64,000 nt of DNA from Tubulanus polymorphus (taxonomy: Eukaryota; Animalia; Nemertea). This document shows positions 22,086 through 33,682 of this stretch, one piece after another. Made by a program: the position numbers and the translations under genes. Within the stretch, counting starts at the first letter, position 1, and the number at the start of each line of letters is the position of its first letter. The stretch covers positions 310,001 through 374,000 of the forward strand of contig NC_134027.1 of NCBI RefSeq assembly GCF_964204645.1, in the 5' to 3' direction. Below the pieces are notes generated by a model, which searched no databases, was not told the DNA's origin, and saw nothing but the letters and a program-made list of their open reading frames with translations.

Positions 22086-24587
22086 ATGGCGTCTCTCTAT
22101 ACTTTGTTTACGGACGGAAATTTGATTTCGACAACTTTAGTTTTTATCGTTGTTTTATTATGCGTTGCTTATTTAGCGAATGGCAGGAGGTATAAATATC
22201 CCCCGGGACCGATGAGGCTTCCTTTAGTCGGATCTACGCCGTTCTTAAGTAAGTTGGACTAATTTCACTTTTCACACATATCAAATCGATAAGGTGCAAA
22301 TACAGGGGGCCAGTTGCACAGTTATGGCTTATGTCCAAAAATCGTCCTAAATCAAAGACTAGTCTAAACTTGTTCGATTGGCTATAGAACTAAGTTGGTC
22401 TTAGACTGGTCTTAAGTCTAAGTCATGATTATGCAACCGACCCTAGGTTCTTCCTGTGTAGGTTCACTGATATTACCAGCTTTCGCTAACATCGGCAAAA
22501 TCTCTAAATCTATTCCATATTTTCTAAATTTATGAATTAAGGATTTCTTACAATTTTCCTAAGAAAAACCGATGAAATTTTAAGCTAGTGGCGCTGATTT
22601 ATTGATTTCCTTTTCAAGAGATTTTTGTTGATGATGTTTTCAACTTTTTTACATTTTAAAAGATAAAGATCTCCAGAGTGACATCAGTAAACTGGTCAAA
22701 AAACACAATAGTGACGTCATCGGGTTACAATTCGGACCAATCAACGCCGTGATTATAAATTCCTACGAGAAAATCAAGGAGACATTTCTCGGAGACGAAG
22801 TAACCGACCGTTCGGCCAACTTTCTACCGACTGTTATAGTCAAAGGTCAAGGTAACTAACTGGCAATTCAATACGAATTGATATATTGGTTGATAAAACA
22901 GGGAAAAGATGATGAACGACTGTAAGACATCAGGGGCTGACCGTGGCTTCATTCCAAAAGTTGGTCTTAGATCTTAAGACTAGTCTTAAGTTGTAAGATT
23001 GGCTAAGACGGGCCTTAAGGCTAAAGCTGTGACTATGCAACTGGCCCCATAAGTCAAAGTTAACCCGAGATCGCACAACTGAATCGTCGTGTATTTCTAC
23101 AATATATTTAAAGGTCTGGTCCATGCGAGTGGAAATCTATGGAGGGAACAGAGACGACATGCGCTGACTGTACTGCGAAATTTCGGGATGGGTAAGATGG
23201 CCGCCGAGGAGCGAATCAATAACGAAATAGCGTATCTTAAAGAAGCTATCGATAAACAAGATGGCCGCCAGTTCGACCCGTTCAACATGCTGACAACTAC
23301 TATTTCAAATATCATCTGCGCTATTTCGTTTGGTAAACGTTATGAGTATGACGACGTTGAATTCCAGATGCTTATCAAAAGTCTCAATGATGTTGCCAAT
23401 CAGGCTAATTTTTCCGGCCTAACATTCGTAATGCCTTCGTTGAGACATCTTCCTGGAGATTTATTCGGTACTAAAATATTTGTCAACACTCTCAGCAAAA
23501 TAAGCCGACTTGCAAGTGGCCATGTTGAAGAGCATAAGGCTAGATACAATCCATCAAATGACGATGACGATTTTATAGACGCCTACCTGACTGAGATGGA
23601 ACGAATGGAAAACAAGAAACCACGAGTTCAACACACATTTACAGGTAAATATCAGATATTTCAATCGTGAAATATCTGATATATCACAGGTGGAATATCT
23701 GATATATCATCAGTTAACTATCACATACACCAGGAGTGAACTATCAGATATATCATCAGTTAACTATCTGAAGCTACGCAGTCCAAATGCTGTTTTATCT
23801 TATGTTGACAGATTCTCAATTGACAGCAGTTATTCGTGATCTATTTTTCGCTGGTACCGAAACGACCTCCTCCACGATGCGCTGGGCGTTAGCTCTGATG
23901 GTTAAACATCCCGATATACAACAGAAAGTACAACATGAAATCGACAATGTGATCGGTAGCGACCACATCCCGCAGATGAGAGACCGATTGATTCTACCTT
24001 ACACCGAGGCGGTCCTGCTGGAGATACAGAGAGTCGCCAGTCTCACCTCTCTCTCTTTACCGCATACAAACAACGAGACAGACATCAAACTCTACTCTTA
24101 CGATGTACCTAAGAATTCAATGGTTTTTGCAAATCTTTACGGAGTTCATCACGATCCGAGCATTTGGCCGAATCCGAATACATTTGATCCGCGTAATTTC
24201 ATCAGTGAGGAGGGAACATTACGTAATCAGGAATACTTAATACCATTTTCTATTGGTAATCTACTTAATTCACGAATTAACCTACAATGGAGATATTTCC
24301 AAAGTTTAAATATTATATTCAGATGATCCGTTACGGGTTTCTATTCATTCTAATCACTTTATTTGTACCTAAAATTCATCTTTCCTATTGTTTCGAATTT
24401 TCCAGGTAAAAGATCCTGCCCCGGTGAAGGCCTGGCGAAGATGGAATTGTTTTTGATATTCGTGTCAATTATGCAGGTTTATACAGTGCTGCCTTCGGAT
24501 GAGGGTTATCCTAATTTGGATAATATCTACAGTAACATAAGAACTCCACCTCCTTATAAGATAAAACTTCAACGACGAATCAAATAG
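22086..24587 (+). CDS. Cytochrome P450, clan 2 (CYP2-like), 502 aa, tandem copy 2; exons 22086-22248, 22663-22851, 23114-23644, 23812-24255, 24406-24587
   Basis: Same exon lengths and motifs as copy 1. Confidence 0.95.
22305..22444. mobile_element. MITE in CYP copy 2 intron 1, absent from copy 1
   Basis: gggccagttgcacag ... tatgcaaccgaccc; copy 1 has the empty site aaatacaggt; flanking CAG/TAG suggests a 3-bp TSD. Confidence 0.75.
22932..23048. mobile_element. MITE in CYP copy 2 intron 2
   Basis: Ends gactatgcaactggcccc; ggtcttagatcttaagac core shared with elements at 17283 and 22305. Confidence 0.55.
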
Positions 24588-25087
24588 AAATCGCAGTTTT
24601 GAAAAATGAATTGTCGCAGAAAAATCCAGGAAGAAAATTAACGACAAAAAAGAATCAAATCGAGTAGAAAATTCGTTTTGACAAAATTCTTAACGCCTGA
24701 ACAGCATTGGTTATTTTGTACTCGGTGTGCCTGCTGGTTGCTCAAATATATACACACTTCTATTCAAAGACATTTCATATTTGGCTGAATTATTGCCGGA
24801 TATAAATTCATCTTACGCTTATCGTTATCTATGTTCCTTATATAGACATATGTTTATTTGGAATAAATCTATTTTGAATATTTGCATCATAAACAATTTT
24901 TATGTGTCGTAGAAAAACCCATGAAGTAAATTAATGGCAAGAAATCGTCTCGAGTAGAAAGATTTCATTTTGAAAAATCGCAACCGTGTTCCAAAGATGC
25001 TTCCTTATTTAGATATATTAATCAGAAAATATTTCAAACACAGAAGATACTTCCTCGTATAGCAGAATTATTTCAACTAGATTCACA

Positions 25088-25504
25088 TCACATACAATTA
25101 GATCTTCGCTTTGATTTCTGCCTCGAACAACGACGAAATTCTGCGCAGAAATATTCACGAATTTCTCGTCCCAGTAAAAGATAAATATAGAAATTGATTG
25201 AATAATTACAAACTTGAAACTGAGTGAATAAATCATAAAGAAACATTTGCTTGCTAACTGTAATCGGTATAAACGCAGTGATTGGAGTTGGAAGTGTAGA
25301 CATCGCAAATACAAGTGAAACTGTTACAAGCATTAATGTTGTACGTTTTGATTTTGTAGTTTTCTGATCGGACGAAACCATTTTCGAACCTCTGAATAAC
25401 TTAGTTATTATAACAGAATTCAGCGCTATAATAAAAGTTAACGGTAGTACATAAAGTGGAATGACGATTATTCTAGTTGTAAATTTTCACTCATCAGCGA
25501 ATAG
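25088..25504 (-). pseudogene. Class A GPCR TM5-TM7 fragment, truncated at a hairpin
   Basis: LPLTFIIALNSVII...KRTTLMLVTVS...NYSINFYIY; in-frame TGA at 25489-25487; no TM1-4 found nearby. Confidence 0.65.
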
Positions 25505-25568
25505 CTGTAGCCGTAATAGAAATGGTTTTTACCGCTACAGCTATTCGCTGATGAGTGAAAATTTACAA
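25477..25568. repeat. Perfect 35-bp inverted repeat (hairpin)
   Basis: 25477-25511 is the exact reverse complement of 25534-25568. Confidence 0.95.
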
Positions 25569-26170
25569 TGGAAATGTTACATATGTGTTTTTCAATACCG
25601 AATTGTAGATTTTAACTTGAAAATTTGATATTTACTTCGATATAGCGATACACAGATATACGATATAGGATCTATCTTAAGACATTTGATATAAGATTTA
25701 AGACAGTAAGCATGCTATGTACTGAGGGAAGAATTCTGTGACGATGTTTTTTTTTATTAAAATATTTCTTTATTCGATGAAAGGAATTTTAATAAAATGT
25801 TTTCATAACATTTGTGTGGACGTCTTATGGACAGACCCATATAGTGTGGGTTTAAGAATCTGTTCTCCACGTCTCCGTGTATCGGGGACGGGCTATTCCG
25901 CAAATCAAATCATTTTTCTACTTTTTGCGCATGCGCAATGCTGGTTAAAATAAACTATAGGGGAGTTAACGTATCTTCTCATATTTCCATCACAACGTAA
26001 TATATCATTATTGCGTTTCCTGAGAACCATTGTTGACTACGTCATCACCCGTAACTATTGAACTCAGAGCACGTGACGTAAGGAGATATCACTTATAGCT
26101 CCACCTAGCGTCTATAAACCACATCAGCGCCGATAATGGCAGTTAATGTTTTGTCGCTTTTGAATGAAAT

Positions 26171-27274
26171 TCAACATCGCTGACAACAGATCATTCTTTT
26201 CAACTCCGCGCGATAGAAATCTAGAGTCGACGCGTAAATTACAAAATTCAAACAGAAATTCAGATTACAAAAAGTAGAAGCGATCGGACCGTAAAATCTG
26301 CCGATATTCGTGATTCGGTGTTTAACGGTCTCCGTGGCTGATACAACACATTCCATATTATATACATCATAGTACAACCAGATTACTGTGTAAGGCATGA
26401 CTAACACAAAAAACATCGTCGATACCAGAAACATATTCCGCAGAATTCGATCGTTTTTACGATTCGATTTCGTATTTTCAATTTTTGGCGCCGTTAAGAT
26501 TCCTAGCACGATAGCGATGTTGCTACAAGCGATTATCACGCAGGGTAAAACTCCTTTCAAACATTGAGACATTACTGTGTATACGAACCGATGACAGGGC
26601 TTCACCGAGATCGTGACGCAGTCGCCGTTAGCAGCTTGCGTCATCCAGTACGATTCGGGTGAGTAGATAAACAGGGGTATTATGATACAAGCGAATAGAA
26701 CCAGAGATCGTCTGGTCTGCGTGAATATAACGTGCGCCTTTAACGGATACCAGACGATTATAGCCCGTTCCATCGAGAAAGCCGTTACGATCCAACTGGA
26801 CATCATAAAACAAGACGAACCGACGAAATATAACTTACAAGTAAATTTAGACAGCGTGTAAATATCGACGGCAACTCCGAAATAGGAAACGGCGTGATGC
26901 GCGGCCTTTCGTCTGTTATTGAGAAACTGATCTAGGAAACCTTGCAGGAGTAGGAAACACGCGTCAGTTACGGCTAACAGAGACAGATATTGAAACGTGG
27001 TCCGATTGTCTTTACGACGTCGGACTAAAATCACGAAATTCATTATATTACCCAGAATCCCTACCGGTAAAACACAAACCGATAATACATAAATGAATTT
27101 ACGTAAACTTGCTGCTGATCCGTCTCCTACGAGGACTGGGGGTAAGTCGGTTTCAACTGATACGTTCATGCTGTGATTGATTCCACTAAACTCTGATCGA
27201 ATACAAGAATTCGAAAATTCGTGATTTTCCGAAATCGGTCCCAAATTACTATCATTACCCATACGCTGTTGCAT
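26171..27274 (-). CDS. Intronless class A GPCR, FMRFamide/peptide-receptor-like, ~367 aa (start 27274 or 27262)
   Basis: GILGN, LAVTD, FSMERA, LNFVIY; N-terminal N-glycosylation sequons (NDS, NHS, NVS). Confidence 0.9.
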   Translation of the reverse strand: MQQRMGNDSNLGPISENHEFSNSCIRSEFSGINHSMNVSVETDLPPVLVGDGSAASLRKFIYVLSVCVLPVGILGNIMNFVILVRRRKDNRTTFQYLSLLAVTDACFLLLQGFLDQFLNNRRKAAHHAVSYFGVAVDIYTLSKFTCKLYFVGSSCFMMSSWIVTAFSMERAIIVWYPLKAHVIFTQTRRSLVLFACIIIPLFIYSPESYWMTQAANGDCVTISVKPCHRFVYTVMSQCLKGVLPCVIIACSNIAIVLGILTAPKIENTKSNRKNDRILRNMFLVSTMFFVLVMPYTVIWLYYDVYNMECVVSATETVKHRITNIGRFYGPIASTFCNLNFCLNFVIYASTLDFYRAELKRMICCQRC

Positions 27275-27928
27275 CCATTCTATAATTGTAAAATCAATAC
27301 AAATCCTACCTGGTAACACCTGAGCTTTTAGATTTATTTCACTATCATTTTATATAATTTCAGAAAATTACTGGTGGAGCCAATTATTAACCAAGAGTTT
27401 GTAAATATCAATCGAATCTTATTTTTCTGTGTCTGAATTATACCTGAATTATACCAATTATTAAAAATATATCCTACCGAGGAACTGAGTTTTTACGGTT
27501 ACGTGGACTGTATTTAGAAACTCGTGATATCAGCAGAAAATGATGGAGGGAGGGGGAGGGGGGTTAATGCTAGTGAGAAGATGTATGGTCTTTACTTTGA
27601 CCAGACTGACTCTCAAACTATGAGCACCTGGTCTATGGTTTAGTGGTTAGCGAACGCAACGTGATGAAGGTTCGATTCCTGATAGGGTTACATTTGAGGT
27701 ACTGGTTAGTATCCTCATCTAAACAGAGTGCCTTAGGTTTGTTTATGATTATTCAATATTTCCAAGGTTTTTTTTTTGTTTATCTGTATTAGGTTCTTAA
27801 AACAATCAGCTGATTAAAATCAATATTCAGATTCAAGTCCAAGGTAAGAGATAACGAATGATAAGACAGGCGGCTATCTGTGTAAGGCACATGACTGTTA
27901 GTGAAACCAGCTTTTACAGAGGGAAATC

Positions 27929-29739
27929 ATGGCGAGATATTGGAATAATATTCTACCGTTGATTTTAGTGTTGCTTGGTGTGTGTTTATCTGTTACAACT
28001 TGTAGAGATGGCAAATCATGTGAGTTTATATCATCCTCAGAAGTGGGTTCGAACCCAACGATTCCATGTTACTTAATTAGAAAACGACGTATTGGAACAT
28101 CGCGGGGGGCTGATTAATATTTGATAGTTCATCCTTCTTTATTCAGTACCATGAATAAAAACACTTGTGCTCATGTTTCCACATATTGCGTGTCAGTGAT
28201 GATTCTGGTTTGACGTATAATCCTCGCATGCCATAGCTATGCGAAATTCTTTACCGTCAAGTGCTGCCCCTATACAAACCGTTGGCGGTGAATGCGGGAA
28301 CTAACTTACTGCTCGCATGCCACAGTAGGAATACTGTGAGGTCGAGTTAGTTCATAGATTCTCCGCTATAGATAACACTAGGGGCAGCACTTAACGGTCA
28401 ACGGTTAACCACGCACTGGCAGCAGGCCGGAACTCCACTGAAATACCTGCAATTCTTCAGTACAAAACTGATGTGATTAGTTTGTGTTAATGACTCTTTT
28501 TTTACGCATTAGAAACCGATGATTATTAGAGTTTATTTGATGTACAACATGATGATTATATATCCCCAGGTTTAGATACAGTTTCAAATTCCAGAAATGT
28601 AAACTACTTTCTGTCTCTCCGGCTTTCAGCAGTGCCGGGCGGTTGTCAACTGTTTACTGGACTTCATGACATCATTCGATCTATTTCTAAACACCATATA
28701 CCTCCGCCGTTAGATGTGATTCGGTCAAACGCGGATTTATGGATGACGAGACTTCCGGCGATTGTGAAAAATAGGCCGTTACGTTCAATCAGCATACCAG
28801 GTATTAAAACCTACATTCCCAGAGAACGCGAACATCTCATCATTTCACCTCCAGCAGCCACGAGTCTGTATTATCTAATTATTGTGAATATTTTCAGGAA
28901 CCCACGATTCATTCGCTATATTTGATGAAATGTATTTGGAGAATAATTTTATACCGGATGAATATAACAAAGAGGAACAATTCGTAATGAATTTATTCCG
29001 TAAAGAAGTTAAGGACTGGTCCGTCGCTCAGAACATGTCCGCAACCCAACAACTCATCGCCGGTATTCGATATTTCGACTTCCGTATCGCGTACGGATAT
29101 GCTAACAAAACGGCACCGTTAGACTATTACGCGGGACATGGACTTCTTGCTGGACCCGTCCTACAAAAACTGATCGAAATAAACACGTTTTTAGAAACCC
29201 GCCCTGGTGAAGTTGTCATTTTAGATTTTCAAGCCATCTTCAACGTGTCTTTACCAACTTATACAATTCTAGGTAATTTGATTCACGCAATTTTCGGGTC
29301 TAAAATATTTCCGTGTTCGAATTTAAATCCGTTAAACGTAAGTTTGCAACAATTGGTTTCGTTAAATAAACGTGTTTTAGTTTTGTTTAAACATCCCTCC
29401 TCGGCGGCAGTGTTCAGAGATTTCTGTAATCGCACTATACTGAGTAATCCGTGGGCTGATACAACTGAGTTATCTACATTATTACCGTTCCTTACTCAAC
29501 ATTTCAACTCGAGGAATAAAACGATGTTCTACATCGTACAGGGAATGTTAACTCCTAGATTAGAAAGTGTTGTTTCGTGTATATTCAGTCATTGTGTAAC
29601 GTTAGAAACGTACGCTAAATCTACTAACCCGGCGCTCGTTGATTGGCTCAAAACTAAATCCGATGTCAATATTGTAATAACTGATTATTCTCAAATAGGA
29701 AACATCACTCCCGGTATTATACTGAAAAATTACGATTAA
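27929..29739 (+). CDS. Secreted PI-PLC X-domain (PLCXD-like) protein, ~387 aa; exons 27929-28019, 28570 (or 28630)-28800, 28898-29739
   Basis: Signal peptide; WM...L..ISIPG|THDS (catalytic His 1), QQLIAGIRYFDFR, GHGL (His 2), PGEVVILDF, NIVITDY; phases consistent. Confidence 0.85.
28253..28398. mobile_element. MITE in PLCXD intron 1
   Basis: TIRs accgtcaagtgctgccccta / taggggcagcacttaacggt. Confidence 0.65.
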
Positions 29740-30423
29740 TTGACGGTAGATTTCAGAGATCAGTGTTTCACGGACTGGGGTCAACCAGCTATATACGGTT
29801 AGGTTTGGAGAATTGTTGTTGTCCTTATTGAAAACATGAAAGAAATCAACAGTTACAATAAATGAATATTTACTACGAATCAATTGTTTTAATAGTTGTT
29901 CTTGTTTTGGAGCTCAAGGATAAGTTTCATAAAATCCGCGTCAGTTTTATCAGTGGAGTTGGTAACAGCCTGCAGCTAAACTACTGGGTTTGTTAATTTT
30001 TATGTAATAAAGATTGAAATTGAATAGTTTTAAAAATTTCCTCATTAACTGTCAAGAGCTATTATCAATGATTGATAAAAGGCCGGTTGTGATGGTAACA
30101 GGCCGGTAATTTGTATTTAAATACAAGATGTGGTTGATGTTTTGTTTTTATGAACAGATGGCGGCAGTGGTGTGTATATACGTGTAACCACTACTACAGC
30201 TCGAGAGAACGAATAATACTGATATCATTTCGCGCATGAGCGAAGCTGCAGCTTCTGATTAGTTACAACCACTTCTACTGGAGGAGTAGCTGCTGCTGGT
30301 GGTGAAGAGATCAGTAGAGCATTGCGCAACGGACTGAGATCACACCAGGAGTAACATATAAACCACTACACAGTACCGGTACCGTATTTACTGCAAATAT
30401 ATACCAATAGGTAAGTCATATAT

Positions 30424-30517
30424 AACCTGTAATCCGAGTTAACCTTTAATACGAGTTAACCTGTAATACGAGTTAACCTGTAATACGAGTTAACCTGTAA
30501 TACGAGTTAACCTGTAA
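30424..30517. repeat. 17-bp minisatellite
   Basis: Unit aacctgtaatacgagtt, ~5.5 copies. Confidence 0.9.
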
Positions 30518-31053
30518 ATACTCTTTCAAACACTTTATACTGATTGTGGTAAAAAGATATTTAGCTATTGGTTGAATTTCTATAACAATTGTAATATATC
30601 GGAACATAGCCTAGATAACGGTCTGATGCACGGATAAAAACTGCACAATATAATCAGGCATTGTCTGTATTAGCTCAATAACGTTATGAGTTTCTTTTGC
30701 TGCAAAAACTATCAATTCTCTTGTTTTCAAGTATATATGAAGTTTTTTTCTCGTGAATATTGTGTTTGATTTTGTCGGTAGTTCGTTATTTGTCATATAT
30801 TATGATCATCGTCATTTTTATCTTCCCAAAAATTATCCTGAAAATTCATTTTGCGAAATCGCCTTTCGTTGAAATTGCTTAGATAGTTCGATTCATCACG
30901 ATTAATAAGTGTAACGATGAAGAGAGAATCGAAAAGGTTAAGTCGGAAACTGTTTCCTTGAGCTAGTGTAGTTTATTCAACATTTCCACTATATCCTAAA
31001 GTAAAGATAATATAAAATCCCTGCACACAAAGAATAAAAAGAGTCTGAAATGT

Positions 31054-31395
31054 TTCCTTGAGCTAGTGTAGTTTATTCAACGTTTCGAGTTTATCCTAAT
31101 AGTCATCTTCAGGAATACTGCATTCCTTGAGCTAGTGTAGTTTATTCAACGTTTCGACTTTATCCTAATAGTCATCTTCAGGAATACTGTATTCCTTGAG
31201 CTAGTGTAGTTTATTCAACGTTTCGACTATATCCTAATAGTCATCTTCAGGAATACTGTATTCCTTGAGCTAGTGTAGTTTATTCAACGTTTCGACTATA
31301 TCCTAATAGTCATCTTCAGGAATACTGTATTCCTTGAGCTAGTGTAGCTTATTCAACGTTTCGACTATATCCTAATAGTCATCTTCAAGAATACA
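31054..31395 (-). ncRNA. Tandem array of five 69-nt units, each carrying a minimal type I hammerhead ribozyme motif
   Basis: Minus strand reads UAUUC-CUGAAGA-U-GACUA-uuaggaua-UAGUC-GAAA-C-GUU-GAAUA: helix I, core, helix II, core, palindromic helix III region, NUH site. Confidence 0.8.
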
Positions 31396-32519
31396 GTCCT
31401 CCTCCTGAAGATGGCTTTTAGAATAAAGTGGAAATAAACTACACTAGCTCCAGTAATTTATACTACATATAGATATGTAATATTCTAAAAGTGTACATTA
31501 ATACACTGTTAAAATTGTTGATGATTAGAAATTGTGTTTATTTAATAACGTAATCCCAACTGCCCGATATTAATGTAAGTAATGTCTGTTCGTCGTCAAA
31601 AGGGTTTTTTTGCTCGAAAAAAATCTCCCCATCATCGAAATGGAAATATAACGAAAAACGACTGCGACAAACCGCTTTTTACACCGAGTTATTTATTCCC
31701 TGTTCAATTCAAATATTAGTCAATTGCATTTAACCCTCATCAACCCCGGCCTGTGGACCCAGTCGCTAGAATCGAATTCCCAAATATTGCGAGCTGGCCT
31801 GTCTGTCAGACTGATGGGTGGGGGTGGGCCCTGGGTTCGATTATCTAACGACTTAAGTGTATATATCTTTAGTTACGACTGCACTTTCTTTAAACATTGA
31901 AATTGCGCCTTCGGAATTTGATGGAATCAGATATTGTGAAGCTATTATGGAAAATGACTTTGAACAATGATTGTGATCAAAAGCATTTCAAATCAATAAA
32001 GTTGGCACAGCGCGTATTGTCGAAAGTAACAGATTGATTAAACGGACCTCAGGGTTTGTACAAATATCAGATACAATGCGGGTTCAATAAGTGAAATGAA
32101 CAATGTATGTGACCTCTCCCTACACAAACTAGACACACACAGTGACCCCCCTCCCTTCACAAAACTGGATACTTCTTCCATTTGCAAAATATTGCTAGAG
32201 TGTGCGGCCAGCTTATTACTGAAGCAAGTTAATCTCAAGTCCTATGTCGCATCTACTACTTCGACAGATTGTTAATTAGGTTACCTGCAGTATTAACACA
32301 AAACTCCACAAGTTCTCCAAAATTCAGCTGCACTTTTTATACCTAGGACTCACCAGAGCCGAAAAAGGGATTTTTCAGTGTGTATTTCATTTACGTAAGA
32401 CTTCTGAGAATTGATTTTCACTTTGTTGTCAACAATAAATTGTAAGGTAATTCCATCTCTAACGAATAATGAATAGCTGATGCCATGAATAAGACTTCAT
32501 TCACGTAAAATCGTTTCAG

Positions 32520-32910
32520 ATTACTATATGAAAAATTCAAATATTATACTGTAGCCATCGTTCATGGTGTTTTTCTGCCATTATCGGTGATTATAATATC
32601 GAATTCTATAATAATAATTCAGTTATTCAGAGGTCCAAAAATGGTTTCGTCCGATCAGAAAACTACAAAATCAAAACGTATAACAATAATGCTTGTAACA
32701 ATTTCACTCGCATTTGCAATATTTAAACTTCCAAATACTTTTATTTTTCTGTCACCAATCCCTAGGCATGTGAGATATTATCTGATAGAGATTTTCACTC
32801 GGTTTGAAGAGTGTAATCACATTGTCAACTTTTACATATATCTTTTATTGGGACGAGAAATTCGGGAATATTTCTGTATGAAAATCTGCTGTAAAAGGTC
32901 TGTGAAATAA
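32520..32910 (+). pseudogene. Orphan last exon (TM5-TM7) of a class A GPCR; paralog of 25088-25504
   Basis: Acceptor tttcag at 32519; open frame LLYEKF...FLPLSVIIISN...NFYIYLLLGREIREYF; no intact TM2-4 exons recognised upstream. Confidence 0.55.
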
Positions 32911-33611
32911 CCATTGATTTAGTAATCTGAAAATGAGTATGTTCGAACTACCGAACCCCCCACCCCCCCCCCCCCCCCCCCGGGACGCCATGCCCCCCCC
33001 CCGACCCAGTGGAACTCGTAAGCTCTCAGTATGATTTGTACGAATGTAAATGAACTCTGTTGTCATCTATATCATCATTTACTTCTGTCAGTTTTCATCA
33101 CGGTCACATTGTTTATACATATATGTAGCTAGGTTTTATTAGTGAGTGGAGTCGAGCTGTGGTGATTGGTATAAAGTGGCTCCTGAGAGGTCCAGCGTCT
33201 GTTCTACGGTTCTACTGACATTTTTTACCGATTAGGGGCTATATGAATAAAATATAAGGCGCAATATTTACTGCGACAATAAATGATACTGCAGTAATAT
33301 CTGTGACTGTTACCTCGCTATAAATCGTAGATAAACAGTGTATGATTCTATATCTCCGGGGGCCACGAGGGTAGAAAGTTGCGTGATCAAACATTTATCA
33401 GCTATAGCCTTTAAGTTCTGCAGGGTTACGGTTAGTCGTTATAAAACCTGTAATTACTGTTTGACGTTTATTTGACGTTGAATATTTATGAAACGTGAAG
33501 TTTAGGGGTGTTTAATAGTCGGAAGCGTTTCGGCGTTACGGGGTTTGGGGGGTAATTTGAGAAGCTGATAGATAGATAATAGGGATAACAATCTATTTCC
33601 ATCAGGAACCA

Positions 33612-33682
33612 GAGAGATGGGATGGAGAGATGGGATGGAGAGATGGGATGGAGAGATGGGATGGGGGAGAGATGGGGGAGAG
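33612..33682. repeat. 13-bp purine-rich minisatellite
   Basis: gagagatgggatg units. Confidence 0.85.

Noticed and set aside
30953-31395. CRISPR array interpretation of this and other tandem repeats (6501, 9186, 40614, 41700, 62231)
   Set aside because: Units are contiguous with no unique spacers, no cas genes are present, and the DNA is eukaryotic
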